A DNA stretch of 64,000 nt from IMG/VR virus record IMGVR_UViG_3300046821_000134, positions 16,153 to 80,152 of that record; one strand, given 5' to 3'. Each line of letters starts with the position of its first letter. Positions within the stretch are counted from its first letter, which is position 1. The stretch comes from a virus. Shown here one piece after another: positions 9,555 to 19,823 of this stretch. Made by a program: the position numbers and the translations under genes. The notes beneath the pieces were generated by a model, which made no database searches, had not been told where the DNA came from, and worked only from the letters and a program-made list of their open reading frames with translations.

Positions 9555-10520
9555 TTGAATAATTGGAAAGAACAAGCCCTGCAGCTATTCATGGCAGGCA
9601 CGTCTAAACGGGAGATATCCCGTAAGCTGGATGTCCCTTATTCCAGCTTGTGGGAGTGGCTCGATAAGAATGTTGAAGGGAAGGAGGCTGTTATTGATGA
9701 CTCGGCGCATGACTTGTTTGTAAGTGATGCTAAAATCAAACCTGTAATCACTGATCCGACAAAGCAGGGGCCAACCATCATCTTTCTTCCAGATGCTCAA
9801 GTGAAGCCCGGTGTTGATCTGACATACCTACGATGCCAAGGTGAGTACATTGCGCACAAGAAGCCAGACGTGATTGTATGTGCAGGAGACTTTGCTGACA
9901 TGGAGAGTTTGTCAAGCTACGACAAAGGGAAGAAGAGTGCTGAAGGGAAACGTGTAGCCAAGGACATTGAGGCTGCTATTGCAGGGATGAATGCACTTCT
10001 TAGTCCTGTCCGTAAGGCACAAGCACAAGACTCGGAATGGAAGCCTCGCATGGTGCTCACATTAGGGAACCACGAGGAAAGAGTACATCGTCATATAGAA
10101 GCTAATCCAGAGCTTCATGGGTTCCTTTCTTACGATAGCCTACGATACAAGGAGTTTGGTTGGGAGGTGTATGACTATCTCGTTCCTGTCGTAATCGGTG
10201 GGGTTATGTTTATTCATTACTACCCAAACCCATTTACAGGAAAACCCCTTGGAGGGTCTGCTGCTAACATTCTTCAGAAGGTGGGGGCTTCAGTTGTGCA
10301 AGGGCATAAACAAACGCTTGACGTAGCCACAAGAACGTTGCATAATGGAGTACAGCAATGGAGCATTGTAGCAGGAGCTTCGTATGATTTTGATGAAGAT
10401 TACAAAGGCTTCACTGGTAACAAGCATCACCGAGGAATTGTTGTAATGCACAATGTCGAGAATGGAGGATTTGACCCCTTATTCATCAACATTGAATATC
10501 TTAAAAAACGCTTTGCTTAA
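9555..10520 (+). CDS. calcineurin-like metallophosphoesterase with N-terminal HTH
   Basis: PDAQ, GDFAD, GNHE, H, QGHKQ motifs; N-terminal SKREISRKL.VPYSSL..W HTH; TTG start after AAGGAG. Confidence 0.85.
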   Translation: MNNWKEQALQLFMAGTSKREISRKLDVPYSSLWEWLDKNVEGKEAVIDDSAHDLFVSDAKIKPVITDPTKQGPTIIFLPDAQVKPGVDLTYLRCQGEYIAHKKPDVIVCAGDFADMESLSSYDKGKKSAEGKRVAKDIEAAIAGMNALLSPVRKAQAQDSEWKPRMVLTLGNHEERVHRHIEANPELHGFLSYDSLRYKEFGWEVYDYLVPVVIGGVMFIHYYPNPFTGKPLGGSAANILQKVGASVVQGHKQTLDVATRTLHNGVQQWSIVAGASYDFDEDYKGFTGNKHHRGIVVMHNVENGGFDPLFINIEYLKKRFA

Positions 10521-10531
10521 AGGAGAAACAA

Positions 10532-10708
10532 ATGTATAAATTTTGGGCAATTGAAGTGAAGGATGTTGACGGTGTATATGCTCCGTCTGTTGTTGTAGCA
10601 AGCCGTGACGAAGCACGACGCACACAGCGGGCCTACAAGCTGCTTGGTCAAATCACTGCTCCAAGCCGTATTCGTCGTTATGAGCGTAATGACAATACGC
10701 GCGGATAA
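10532..10708 (+). CDS. small hypothetical protein (58 aa, not in ORF track)
   Basis: AAGGAG RBS, open frame MYKFWAIEVK...NTRG*, followed by a terminator. Confidence 0.7.
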   Translation: MYKFWAIEVKDVDGVYAPSVVVASRDEARRTQRAYKLLGQITAPSRIRRYERNDNTRG

Positions 10709-10717
10709 TGAACAACT

Positions 10718-10741
10718 CCCCTCCTTAACGGAGGGGCTTTT
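10718..10741 (+). terminator. intrinsic terminator
   Basis: CCCCTCC-TTAAC-GGAGGGG-CTTTT. Confidence 0.8.
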
Positions 10742-10755
10742 AGCATAGGGACAAA

Positions 10756-11031
10756 ATGATAGCTGAAGACGTATTGCCAGCTCTCGGAATACACATTGCT
10801 CTGCAGAACACTCCTAAGAGTTGTGCTTTCCTAAGAGAGAAAAGACTTCCTGCTTTAGTGGATGAAACAGAAGGAAATAGGGTTGTGTGGGATAAAGGGT
10901 TTCTACAGATTGGAGAGAAGCAATATTCGTATCAGCAATTCCATATTCTTGATGAGGGTGACCCTGTATTCTTCAATTACATTCGAGATTTGATTACAGC
11001 ACACAGACAACAACCGCACTTTGGATTTTAA
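10756..11031 (+). CDS. hypothetical protein
   Basis: 91 aa ORF in operon. Confidence 0.65.
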   Translation: MIAEDVLPALGIHIALQNTPKSCAFLREKRLPALVDETEGNRVVWDKGFLQIGEKQYSYQQFHILDEGDPVFFNYIRDLITAHRQQPHFGF

Positions 11032-11042
11032 TAGGAGGAACG

Positions 11043-11540
11043 ATGGACTTAAACGCACGATTTGTAGAGGTGGTGGAATTCAACACAATGGCTGGATTTC
11101 TCACGGACGTTAGCAGCGAAAGCCTCTTGGCCCAAGCACGTAACGTAAGGGAGGAAGCCAATGAGCTGTTCGATGCAATCAACAACAATGAGCCTCCAGA
11201 GAATGTTCTGAAGGAGCTGTGTGACACCCTTGTAACGTCCTTTGGCATGCTGGCAGCTCTGACGAAGAAAGGGTTTGATACAGATAAGGCATTCAAGTTG
11301 GTTAATGAGAACAACATGTCAAAGTTTTGTGATACGCCAATGAATGCTTATTACACGTCAGCAGGTTACAACGCCACAGAAGGGGTAAATACAGCAGTGA
11401 AGCCATTGGTTGGAGGGCTGTATGGTGTATTCGATGAGAATGGAAAGCTACGAAAACCTATTGGATATGAGCCTGTAGACAAGAAAGAGTTGTGTAAGTG
11501 CTGCCCGCCTAAAGATGGAATTTGCTGCAAGGAGGAATAA
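11043..11540 (+). CDS. MazG-like nucleoside triphosphate pyrophosphohydrolase
   Basis: EE..EL..A...KELCD...V.ENNMSK...GK..KP..YEP. Confidence 0.85.
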   Translation: MDLNARFVEVVEFNTMAGFLTDVSSESLLAQARNVREEANELFDAINNNEPPENVLKELCDTLVTSFGMLAALTKKGFDTDKAFKLVNENNMSKFCDTPMNAYYTSAGYNATEGVNTAVKPLVGGLYGVFDENGKLRKPIGYEPVDKKELCKCCPPKDGICCKEE

Positions 11541-11541
11541 C

Positions 11542-11814
11542 ATGAAATACTACAAACTTTGTGGAAACTCTCTCGATTCTATTTATGCCCTTGATCGAGA
11601 GAATAATGTTTGCAGCGTTATTGAGTTCTGGAAGAACAACGGGACAGTGACAACAGTGAACATGGCCCTCTTCTCTGCCGCATTAGCAAGCTACGATGTA
11701 CAAGCTGCAGGGGAGATTGAAACATACGAGAAGATTTACAAATCCGAATGGGAGTTCTTCAAGCGTACAGCACGAGACTTCCTGAAGATCATGGGAGAAG
11801 TGGATGCGGAATAA
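11542..11814 (+). CDS. hypothetical protein
   Basis: ATG after AGGAGG; track ORF begins at 11515. Confidence 0.7.
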   Translation: MKYYKLCGNSLDSIYALDRENNVCSVIEFWKNNGTVTTVNMALFSAALASYDVQAAGEIETYEKIYKSEWEFFKRTARDFLKIMGEVDAE

Positions 11815-12334
11815 GGGTGTTGTACGCGTCTCTACGCGTGATTTGAAGCGGGTTGATAAGCTGGCCCACCTGAGTGAGTTTGAATTGATTTCTCCTGCGA
11901 ACCAAGGGCTTGTAGAGGCATTCCTGTTCGTGATGGGCATTGATGTAGACCGTGTTGTACACATTCAGGCATGTAACCATCGTGACCTGTCCAATAAAAC
12001 TGGAATCGGCTATAGCTTTGTTGGGCATGAACGTACAGACAGACTGTGGCTGTCTCGAACACAATCAACACTGGAGGCGCGTATCGAGGCTGCACGAGAC
12101 CCCGATCTGCAAGGGGATATGATTTACATGAGCACAGAAGGGATTCCTTGGAACAAATTCCGAGAGATGTGCGACAAGGCACGAGGGCAAGAAGGGACAA
12201 CTAAGAATGTTGCCCCAATGGAGCCTGTAGAAGATTTTGCAGAGAGTCTGCAAATGATGAAGCTGCTACGAGATATTCAGATTGAAATTCGTGGTGGAAT
12301 CAATACAATCGAAGAAGACATGTTGTTTGTCTAA
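11804..12334 (+). CDS. hypothetical protein
   Basis: 176 aa, overlaps the upstream gene. Confidence 0.75.
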   Translation: MRNKGVVRVSTRDLKRVDKLAHLSEFELISPANQGLVEAFLFVMGIDVDRVVHIQACNHRDLSNKTGIGYSFVGHERTDRLWLSRTQSTLEARIEAARDPDLQGDMIYMSTEGIPWNKFREMCDKARGQEGTTKNVAPMEPVEDFAESLQMMKLLRDIQIEIRGGINTIEEDMLFV

Positions 12335-12355
12335 ACATTAATTTAAGGAGAATCT

Positions 12356-12601
12356 ATGACTGTAAATATTACATCACAACAGCGCGACCTTTTGGCTGGC
12401 TACACAAAGGAAGCCTACGGCCTGTATACAGAGATTGAAGCTGCTAACGAGAACATCAAGGATATTGTAGACGCTGCAGCAGAAGCCACAGGCTTGGATA
12501 AGGCTGTTGTGAAGAAGCATTTCGCCACACAATACAAGGATGATCTGGAGAAGCAAGAAGAACTTGTTGCCAAGCTGCGCTTCTTGAAGGGAGATGAATA
12601 A
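12356..12601 (+). CDS. T4 DsbA/GapR-like dsDNA-binding protein
   Basis: 81 aa helical protein; NE.IKDI...A....G.DK pattern resembles T4 DsbA. Confidence 0.6.
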   Translation: MTVNITSQQRDLLAGYTKEAYGLYTEIEAANENIKDIVDAAAEATGLDKAVVKKHFATQYKDDLEKQEELVAKLRFLKGDE

Positions 12602-12756
12602 TGGATGAAGAAGTGATCCCCTCCTCTGATACGATCCCCATTCCTGTTGACCTTGTGCAAGCAATTGCTAACGTGCTTGGATCAGTACCGAGCAGTGTAG
12701 GTGCCGAGGTGTTCTTAGCTCTTCGAAACTACCTGCAGAGTATTAAACGAGTATAA
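12601..12756 (+). CDS. small hypothetical protein (51 aa, not in ORF track)
   Basis: TAATG coupling to the upstream gene; ends just before a terminator. Confidence 0.55.
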   Translation: MDEEVIPSSDTIPIPVDLVQAIANVLGSVPSSVGAEVFLALRNYLQSIKRV

Positions 12757-12760
12757 CAAC

Positions 12761-12789
12761 AAAAGCCCTCCCTTGCGGGAGGGCTTATT
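12761..12789. terminator. bidirectional terminator between convergent modules
   Basis: AAGCCCTCCC-TTGC-GGGAGGGCTT with A/T flanks. Confidence 0.85.
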
Positions 12790-12790
12790 G

Positions 12791-14452
12791 CTATTGTAGA
12801 ACACCTTTAGTTTTTAGCTCATTCTGCAGGTGGCCGAATGATTGATACAACGTTCTTAGTAGACCAAACAGTGTAGCATTATCATTCGGCCAACCTGACA
12901 AACTTGCATCGTAGCTTCCACCAGCAGCTGTGTTTGTTGCGGTTCCCCATGAAGAATACCCAGAGCCAAACGTTATCTTCTGCCCGTACGCCAGCTTAAT
13001 AGCTACGCCAGAATTAAAGGTAGCGCTATCAAAGTCAATGCCTATTGAAGTTTCTCCCACACTTCGTATAATAGCTGTGTCACCTGCTCCTGCCGCTGGA
13101 GTGCCTTGGTAATAAAGCACGCTATCAACAATCTTCGTTGAAGAATGCACTTCCATGATTCTCCTGATACGAACACTCGTACCACAACTAATATAGAAGA
13201 TTCTTCCCCACTCTGCATCTGCCGCTGCTTCGTTCTTCACTACCGCAAAGTGGATAGCATTACGGTTGTAGTAGATGTCATTGCCGTAACCTTCACAACC
13301 CATCTCCAAACCAATCTGTCCAACAGTTGGGTTAGGATTAGCGTCCGAGATAACAGCCCAAGATGCCCATGTAGCGGCTGTAGAGTGGTTATAAGCATGG
13401 TAGGCCAAGCCTACGTTCTGTGGACCCGCTGCAAGCGGACCTGTACCGTCTGTGTAGAGCGGTGTGTAGTTGTGCAACAGACACAGAACATTATACTCGG
13501 TTGTTTGACTGTTCACGCCCGTAGTTGTGCTAAACACTACGTTCTGGCCGACAGTGCTCTTCCCGCCTGCAGTGGATTCGGTACTCTTGTGCACCTGCAT
13601 CGTCGCATAATCAGATGGTGCGGATATTGGTTTGGATATCATAAACCTGCCATCTGGAGGCACTGTTAAGAATCCAATACCGCTCCCTAGATCACCAAAC
13701 TTAGGAATGTTCCCCGGAGCCACCTCTGTCGATGTAGGCACAGACAACACACTTCCTGCAGCGTAGTAGGGATATTCACTCTCGTTAGACCAAGTTACCT
13801 TGACGTTAGTGAACGAGATAGACCAAGCCCCAAGATTATCTGCAAGGACATACCCAAATGTTATTCCCGTTTTAGTGGAATCAAAGTATGTGTTAGTATC
13901 CGCTACGTTGCCTGTGTCAAGCATCAGGTAATACTGGTTATCAGATGAGCTATACTTCCAAATAGCGTAACGAAGTTCTCTGTTCCCTGTTTGATTTACA
14001 ATAGACTCCACCAGCACCCTATAAGTGGTTCCATCAGTTAGCAGGGTATCCTGAGGGAGGGTAGTTGTTTTCCATACAAAATTATCTCTTGGTGGAATAC
14101 CATTTTGCCAAGACTCTAGGGTAGATGTCGGGAAATGGTCGATGCCTAGAGCGGTGAATTTACCAAACACAAACCCTTGACCACGAACAGCAATCCCATC
14201 TAGTGCCGGATCAGAGCGTAGCACCACTGCTGTGTGTGATGTAGGACAGTTTGCAAAGTAGTTGGTAGGGAGCATGTCGAACATAATCGACAACGTTCCT
14301 GTGCCTGTGTTATACCCCCCAGCGTCAACAGCGTTGAAATTAACTCTCTGATTAGGGGTGGAGTTGTTCAAGCTAAAATTTGCTATCGTGGTTGTAACAG
14401 GGGTTGATGTAGTAAGCCCCTCAATCATTGAAACTGGTACTTTTGTTGTCAT
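12791..14452 (-). CDS. tail fibre/tailspike-like receptor-binding protein
   Basis: 553 aa, T/G/N/S-rich beta protein with a C-terminal helical end; last gene of the tail operon. Confidence 0.7.
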   Translation of the reverse strand: MTTKVPVSMIEGLTTSTPVTTTIANFSLNNSTPNQRVNFNAVDAGGYNTGTGTLSIMFDMLPTNYFANCPTSHTAVVLRSDPALDGIAVRGQGFVFGKFTALGIDHFPTSTLESWQNGIPPRDNFVWKTTTLPQDTLLTDGTTYRVLVESIVNQTGNRELRYAIWKYSSSDNQYYLMLDTGNVADTNTYFDSTKTGITFGYVLADNLGAWSISFTNVKVTWSNESEYPYYAAGSVLSVPTSTEVAPGNIPKFGDLGSGIGFLTVPPDGRFMISKPISAPSDYATMQVHKSTESTAGGKSTVGQNVVFSTTTGVNSQTTEYNVLCLLHNYTPLYTDGTGPLAAGPQNVGLAYHAYNHSTAATWASWAVISDANPNPTVGQIGLEMGCEGYGNDIYYNRNAIHFAVVKNEAAADAEWGRIFYISCGTSVRIRRIMEVHSSTKIVDSVLYYQGTPAAGAGDTAIIRSVGETSIGIDFDSATFNSGVAIKLAYGQKITFGSGYSSWGTATNTAAGGSYDASLSGWPNDNATLFGLLRTLYQSFGHLQNELKTKGVLQ

Positions 14453-14455
14453 TGG

Positions 14456-14932
14456 TTATCCTCTCACACGAAGCCTAACTCCTACTGGAGGAGGACTTGC
14501 GAACGTTATTTGCTTCAGGGTATTGTTATAAGTGAAATCTACAGTAGCAGCTTGCCCCACACCGCCGAGATTGACATCCAATGCGTCTATATCATTTGTT
14601 GTGACATTAGTGAGTTGATAGGTGGAGGCAGACGTTGTTGTAAGGTTGTCTGTCCCCACTTCAAACGTTGTATTGACGTTAGCTACAAAGGTGTTTGTTG
14701 AAGTGTTGAAGGTTCCAATAACAATGTCATCTGCGCCGTCGTAGTAGCACAACTGATTCTCGTTGGTTCCAGTACCTGTCTTCACCCACAGCATGTGCTG
14801 TAGAACATAAGACGGTCTTGCTGTGGAGCTGTGAGAGCTGTGCAAGGCATTACGCCATGTATTCAAATCAGCAGCAAGCCCAACTCCGTCTTTTACGTTC
14901 GGATCAATCGTTCCAAAATCAAACTGTGACAT
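14456..14932 (-). CDS. tail fibre adaptor-like protein
   Basis: N-terminal ~80 aa paralogous to 14933-15478 (MSQ..GT..P....G..L...L..W..A.HS.HS...RPSYV...W). Confidence 0.65.
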   Translation of the reverse strand: MSQFDFGTIDPNVKDGVGLAADLNTWRNALHSSHSSTARPSYVLQHMLWVKTGTGTNENQLCYYDGADDIVIGTFNTSTNTFVANVNTTFEVGTDNLTTTSASTYQLTNVTTNDIDALDVNLGGVGQAATVDFTYNNTLKQITFASPPPVGVRLRVRG

Positions 14933-15478
14933 TTAGATTCCCCTCGCATGCCAATCAATACTGAAGGGCAAATAAATAGTTCCAGCCACAGTGATTGTGA
15001 ATCCGGTTTGGCTGTACGCAGTAACTCCGTAGAAGATGTCTGGATTCAGACCGCCGAGATACGACAACGTGAACAAGATGCCCGTAGTTGAGTAACTTCC
15101 GTAAGGGAACGTCACAGTGACGGTGTGGCCGTTTCCAGCAGGAATAGCCGCACGACCAAACTGTTCTGTCAAACCGCTCGGATGTACAATCCTGCCGGGA
15201 ACTGCCCCCTCGTAAACGCTACTCCCCGGGTATGCCTTATTATTCACTGTATCAACCTGTGCTTCAAGGATGTCTTGAGCCCCGTCGTATCTATACACCT
15301 TCCAGATGGGACCGCTTGTATCTATCCATTGCATCCCTGCTGTAACATAGGATGGTCTGCTCCCCAAGGCACTACTGTGCCCTGAGTGAACAGCTTCCTG
15401 CCAATTAACCAAAAGGGTGCTAAGTTGCGTCCCTGATGTTGTACTTGGGGGTAGCGTCCCCAAACTTGCTTGACTCAT
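14933..15478 (-). CDS. short tail fibre protein
   Basis: shared N-terminal anchor domain; C-terminal PSGL.EQFG...VTFP...GFT...W.A.G fibre-tip pattern. Confidence 0.7.
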   Translation of the reverse strand: MSQASLGTLPPSTTSGTQLSTLLVNWQEAVHSGHSSALGSRPSYVTAGMQWIDTSGPIWKVYRYDGAQDILEAQVDTVNNKAYPGSSVYEGAVPGRIVHPSGLTEQFGRAAIPAGNGHTVTVTFPYGSYSTTGILFTLSYLGGLNPDIFYGVTAYSQTGFTITVAGTIYLPFSIDWHARGI

Positions 15479-18400
15479 TACTCATACCCCCAAGCCGGTT
15501 TACCCGGTATATATTTAGTTCCGCCCGGCCCGTAAGAATAGCCGTACCCTTTTGCAATCCAATCAAATGTGCGCTGTACAGGTGTCCCAGAAGAATTCTT
15601 GAATATAATTGTAAACCCATTCAAGTCTTTATCCAGCACTTCGTAATAGTCACCCGTGCTCATATTCTGCGCAATAATTGCCACAGCAGGCTGCCTATAG
15701 AAACTACGAGCATACTCAATGACTGCAGTTCCTGTTAGGGAGTTAGTGACAATATCCTCACTCCCCTCGACCCTGTTTCTTCCCTCGACAACGATAGACA
15801 GAGAAGAAACTACTGGAGTTACTCCAGCCCTTAGGCTTTTCAACACAATCTTGAACTCAGCGTACTGAAGAGTGGCCTCCGTAGAAGACAAAGGAATCCA
15901 CTCAGACCAAGGGTCTTCTGTTTTATTCCGCCACCTATAATATACAATGGCGCTCCAATCAGCCGCTACCGCCCCGCCTATGTTAGCCACGTCGGACAGG
16001 TTGTCCCATTTTCCAATGTAGTTTAGGAAGTTTGACCCCTCTGCAACCATGTTGGCAGTAAGTCGCACAGTGTTTGTCTCGGTAAGCCCTAGAGGGGTTA
16101 GATAATAAGTGCCCTCTGATAACTCCCCTATGCCTATGTTCAAAGGGACGGCATCTGCCAACGGCGTCCAATCTGCCATAACCCCGGCTGCAATGAACAG
16201 CGTACCTCCGCCTACATTAACATGGTCCTTCGCACCAGAGTAGTATGGGTGCTCAGGAACAGCTCTTATTAGTGAATAATCATCTGATCCGTCTAGACTG
16301 TTAATTATCGCTGTGGCATTAACTGACTCAAGACCTGCTTTAGATACAGCCTTAATAAGATACGTCCCTCTACGGCACGTCAGATTAATGTGGTTGGTTG
16401 GATATGCAATCTTGTCAGCAACGACAACAGCACTTCCCCAATCAACACTGCTTGACTCTGTGGTTGAGTGCTTGATTACAAAGTGACTGATATTCTTACT
16501 TGATGTGACGTTAGGCACTTCCCATGAGAAATACGCAGAGGCTCCTTGAATGCTAATCAAGAAGTTACTCACGTCAGGAGGAATGCCCGGATTACCAGTT
16601 ATCGTTGCTGTAGCATAAGCCTTGTTGCTGTATATTCCATACTGGCTTACATGCTGCACACTCACTTCAATATCGCCAACCTTCGCTAGATGAATATCCT
16701 TGAATGCATCCGTAAATGATCCAGCATCCTGCCATTGCTCTCCAGCATACCTCCACCACAGCACAGAGTGACTGAATGAAGAAAACGTAGGGCGTGTGAA
16801 GCTCACAAGGGCTGTGTAGCGAATGTTTCCAAGCTCGTCTAGGTAGGACGCATCCGTTACAACAAGTCTCGCCGGAGAGGGTGTATACCACCTGTAAGGG
16901 GTGGAGATAGGGCGCTCAATAAATGCAGCATCTTCGTCTACAGCAGCGTACTTGGACTCATTATATTCAAGCCCTGTAATCTCGTACTGATTCACTTCCT
17001 TCTCAGAGATGGACACAACACGGAACAACTGAGATTGAATCGTATTCGATTCCAGCATCCACATTGCCATTCTGGCAGGAGCTTGGCTGAGTGCTGTAAC
17101 AAGATTAATGACAGTGAATGTGCTGCTAAGAACGTATGCACCAATGACATCACCAGAGGAGTCAACAATGGCCAAGTATTGTAGCCCCACATCTTTTTCC
17201 CCATCGCCTATTGCATTTAGTACAGGGGTGGATGTGAAGATAACTTCCCTCGTCTCCATCGTCCCGTTAGGCAGCAGAACACTGAGTGTGTAGGTGTCTC
17301 CAATATTCACTTCAATCGCACTATCAATTGTGACAGAGCTTGTTGTAGCAGACAGAATACGCCCGCCCCAACGCTTCCCTACACGATTTGAATCATGCAC
17401 CTTGATAACACTGCCCGGAACCAATCCACTACCAGCCCCTTCAAGCCCTGTCGTGAAAGACACAAGCTCTGTGAGAGCACATGACGACAAAAGGATGTTC
17501 CTGCCAAAGCGTACGGCTTGTCCTCTTGACGAGCACCCAACAGCTATAGCAGATGTTTGCTTCACACCATACTTGACAATGTAGTCGGGCAGAGTGACGT
17601 ACTCTGTCTTCTCTGTGAAGCGATCTTCTGCATCCACGTAAGTGATTAAGGCTGTTGTGTAACGCGTGTTCTTGCTTGATCCCTGATAGATGAATTCCCC
17701 ATCAACAACGTTAGCGTTTGTGAATATCCAAGCAGGATCATCAGGCATGTCTGCTGAAATAGCCAGAGCGCCATTCACCCAGTAAATCATCCCGTTGAAG
17801 ATGGAAGCCATATCAGACAGCACTTTGTACGCGTCTTCTTTCCCTTGCATGTACAGCGAGCACGTATAGCGAGGCTCAAATCCACCATATCCATTTGGAA
17901 CAGGCTCATCACAATACTGAGCAATGCGGTAGAAGGAAACTAAATCAACTTGCTCAATTGGAACGTACTTACCAAGCCCGTATCGGGCGTTAGTGATTAG
18001 ATCAAGCAAACACCACACAGGGTTATCCGTGTAAGAGGTCTTGAACGTATCAAAGTCCCACGTTCCACTGTAGATTCTTGACACTGCATCGTAGTTGACA
18101 GGGACCTTTACAATCCGCCCCTTAACATCGTATGCTCGCGCAGGAATCCCGTCGTACTGAGAGGAATCCACTGACATTGCAATATAGGCTGAATACGGAT
18201 AGGACAGCTTCTGGTCAATAATCTCGGTGAATGTCTCCCACTGGATGTCGTTCTGGAGATATGTAGTTGTGCTGTCGTCTGTAATACGCCTAACCCTAAC
18301 CTCATACTGCCCCGGCCCACTCAAAGGGAGAACGTATTCACGTACATACTTGCTTGTACATTTTCCGTAGATACGATCTGTCAAGCTGTTGTCCCACATC

Positions 18401-19281
18401 TCCAGTCTGTCCAACTCAAAGCGGGGGGCGCGTGTGTTGATAGTGGAGACGTATGCAATACGATAATCGTAGAGCGTCCAATTGGTATTGGTGTAGAAGA
18501 ACAAGCGCTCTTCTGGAGCTTTGTAATAGCTGTTACCAGATTGATAAGGACCACTTCCCATCAATACTGTCGTGAGCTTGGCACGCCCCTCCATTACATG
18601 GCTTAGAACATGCTCAAAGTTATTTGCCCCCTTGATGGACCTTTCGATGATGAACGTAACACGCTGCAAATCAGGGCTAGGAGTTCCTTGCCACCAGACG
18701 CTTAGGCCGACTTTGTAGCCAGCATGCAGCATAGACACGTTGTAGTCATTGCTTTGTGTGAAATACGTGCTACCTTCACCAATCTTAATCTTGGAAAGAA
18801 TCTGTGGGATAAATCCGCCACCGTCCTTCTGAATATCAATCCCCACTTCTACGTGTGTAGCTTCAGAGCTTCCTGTGTCTTGATGAATTACCTGAAGAGC
18901 TGGGATACCAAGGCTAACACGTACAGCGTTAAGGTTGGTTCCTTCCAGAGAGCGTACAATCGGAGTTGGCTTCGTGATCTTTACACCAACAGCCTTCTCT
19001 GACTCGGCAGCTTCAAACCCTGCTACAAACGTCTGGTCTACAGTGCCATTACGTCCTTGCACAGCAAACCCGTCAACATTCATGCTCCCATCTGGGTTTT
19101 GTATCGGCGTGTCAGCAATGTAGATGGATTGGAGATTATTCACAAGCCCCTCCACCGGGCCTTCTGATATTAGATCAATAATCTTCAGGAATTGTTTTGA
19201 TGTTAGTGTATCAGGAGCTTCTGTGGCTTTCTGACCTTCATCGTCATCTCCGCCACCACTACCCTTATATTTCAATAGCAT
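15478..19281 (-). CDS. central tail tip/host specificity protein (lambda J-like)
   Basis: DLISEGPVEGL, YTDNPVWCLLD..TN.RYGLG, IAQYCDE.VP.G.GG.EPRY, GCSSRGQA.R.G. Confidence 0.93.
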   Translation of the reverse strand: MLLKYKGSGGGDDDEGQKATEAPDTLTSKQFLKIIDLISEGPVEGLVNNLQSIYIADTPIQNPDGSMNVDGFAVQGRNGTVDQTFVAGFEAAESEKAVGVKITKPTPIVRSLEGTNLNAVRVSLGIPALQVIHQDTGSSEATHVEVGIDIQKDGGGFIPQILSKIKIGEGSTYFTQSNDYNVSMLHAGYKVGLSVWWQGTPSPDLQRVTFIIERSIKGANNFEHVLSHVMEGRAKLTTVLMGSGPYQSGNSYYKAPEERLFFYTNTNWTLYDYRIAYVSTINTRAPRFELDRLEMWDNSLTDRIYGKCTSKYVREYVLPLSGPGQYEVRVRRITDDSTTTYLQNDIQWETFTEIIDQKLSYPYSAYIAMSVDSSQYDGIPARAYDVKGRIVKVPVNYDAVSRIYSGTWDFDTFKTSYTDNPVWCLLDLITNARYGLGKYVPIEQVDLVSFYRIAQYCDEPVPNGYGGFEPRYTCSLYMQGKEDAYKVLSDMASIFNGMIYWVNGALAISADMPDDPAWIFTNANVVDGEFIYQGSSKNTRYTTALITYVDAEDRFTEKTEYVTLPDYIVKYGVKQTSAIAVGCSSRGQAVRFGRNILLSSCALTELVSFTTGLEGAGSGLVPGSVIKVHDSNRVGKRWGGRILSATTSSVTIDSAIEVNIGDTYTLSVLLPNGTMETREVIFTSTPVLNAIGDGEKDVGLQYLAIVDSSGDVIGAYVLSSTFTVINLVTALSQAPARMAMWMLESNTIQSQLFRVVSISEKEVNQYEITGLEYNESKYAAVDEDAAFIERPISTPYRWYTPSPARLVVTDASYLDELGNIRYTALVSFTRPTFSSFSHSVLWWRYAGEQWQDAGSFTDAFKDIHLAKVGDIEVSVQHVSQYGIYSNKAYATATITGNPGIPPDVSNFLISIQGASAYFSWEVPNVTSSKNISHFVIKHSTTESSSVDWGSAVVVADKIAYPTNHINLTCRRGTYLIKAVSKAGLESVNATAIINSLDGSDDYSLIRAVPEHPYYSGAKDHVNVGGGTLFIAAGVMADWTPLADAVPLNIGIGELSEGTYYLTPLGLTETNTVRLTANMVAEGSNFLNYIGKWDNLSDVANIGGAVAADWSAIVYYRWRNKTEDPWSEWIPLSSTEATLQYAEFKIVLKSLRAGVTPVVSSLSIVVEGRNRVEGSEDIVTNSLTGTAVIEYARSFYRQPAVAIIAQNMSTGDYYEVLDKDLNGFTIIFKNSSGTPVQRTFDWIAKGYGYSYGPGGTKYIPGKPAWGYE

Positions 19282-19823
19282 TATAGCTCCCTTGTACTAA
19301 TACCTGCACTCACCACCTGACTCCCAACTAAACGTCTTCCGTATAACAATGGACGAGGATTCCCTTGCCCTGTTGTATTGAGAGTTCCTCCAAACAGGTA
19401 GGATGTTTTTCTAGCGTCATTGGCTTGCTCTGTTGCTGAAGGATTAACTCCAAACATTATCCCGATCACACCACCGACAATGAGGCCGACCCCGAGCTGA
19501 ACGGCGGTTGGTTGTTGATACACGACACCAATTATTGTGATAATTACGCCTGCTACAATCCTTGCGTAGTTACCGCTGCCCTCAAACTTAGGAAGAAACC
19601 TGATGCACTTACCTGCTGCGTTTATGTGATTCTTGATGTCTTCTTCACACGCTGTGTAATCATTAACAAGAATGCGCCAGTTATGCTGTTGAAAGTCTTT
19701 ACGGAATCCTTTGAAGCAAGCACACAGCATTGCCACAGCATGTGCAGGACTCTTCGCTGCCATCTTGTGCGTCTTGCCATATTTCTTGCCTAAAAAACCT
19801 CCAAGTTTGATGGTTGTAAGCAT
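19281..19823 (-). CDS. tail assembly protein I-like
   Basis: L.G.LGKKYG, SYLFGG..NTT.QG.P.PLLYG...VGS.V.SA. Confidence 0.9.
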   Translation of the reverse strand: MLTTIKLGGFLGKKYGKTHKMAAKSPAHAVAMLCACFKGFRKDFQQHNWRILVNDYTACEEDIKNHINAAGKCIRFLPKFEGSGNYARIVAGVIITIIGVVYQQPTAVQLGVGLIVGGVIGIMFGVNPSATEQANDARKTSYLFGGTLNTTGQGNPRPLLYGRRLVGSQVVSAGISTREL

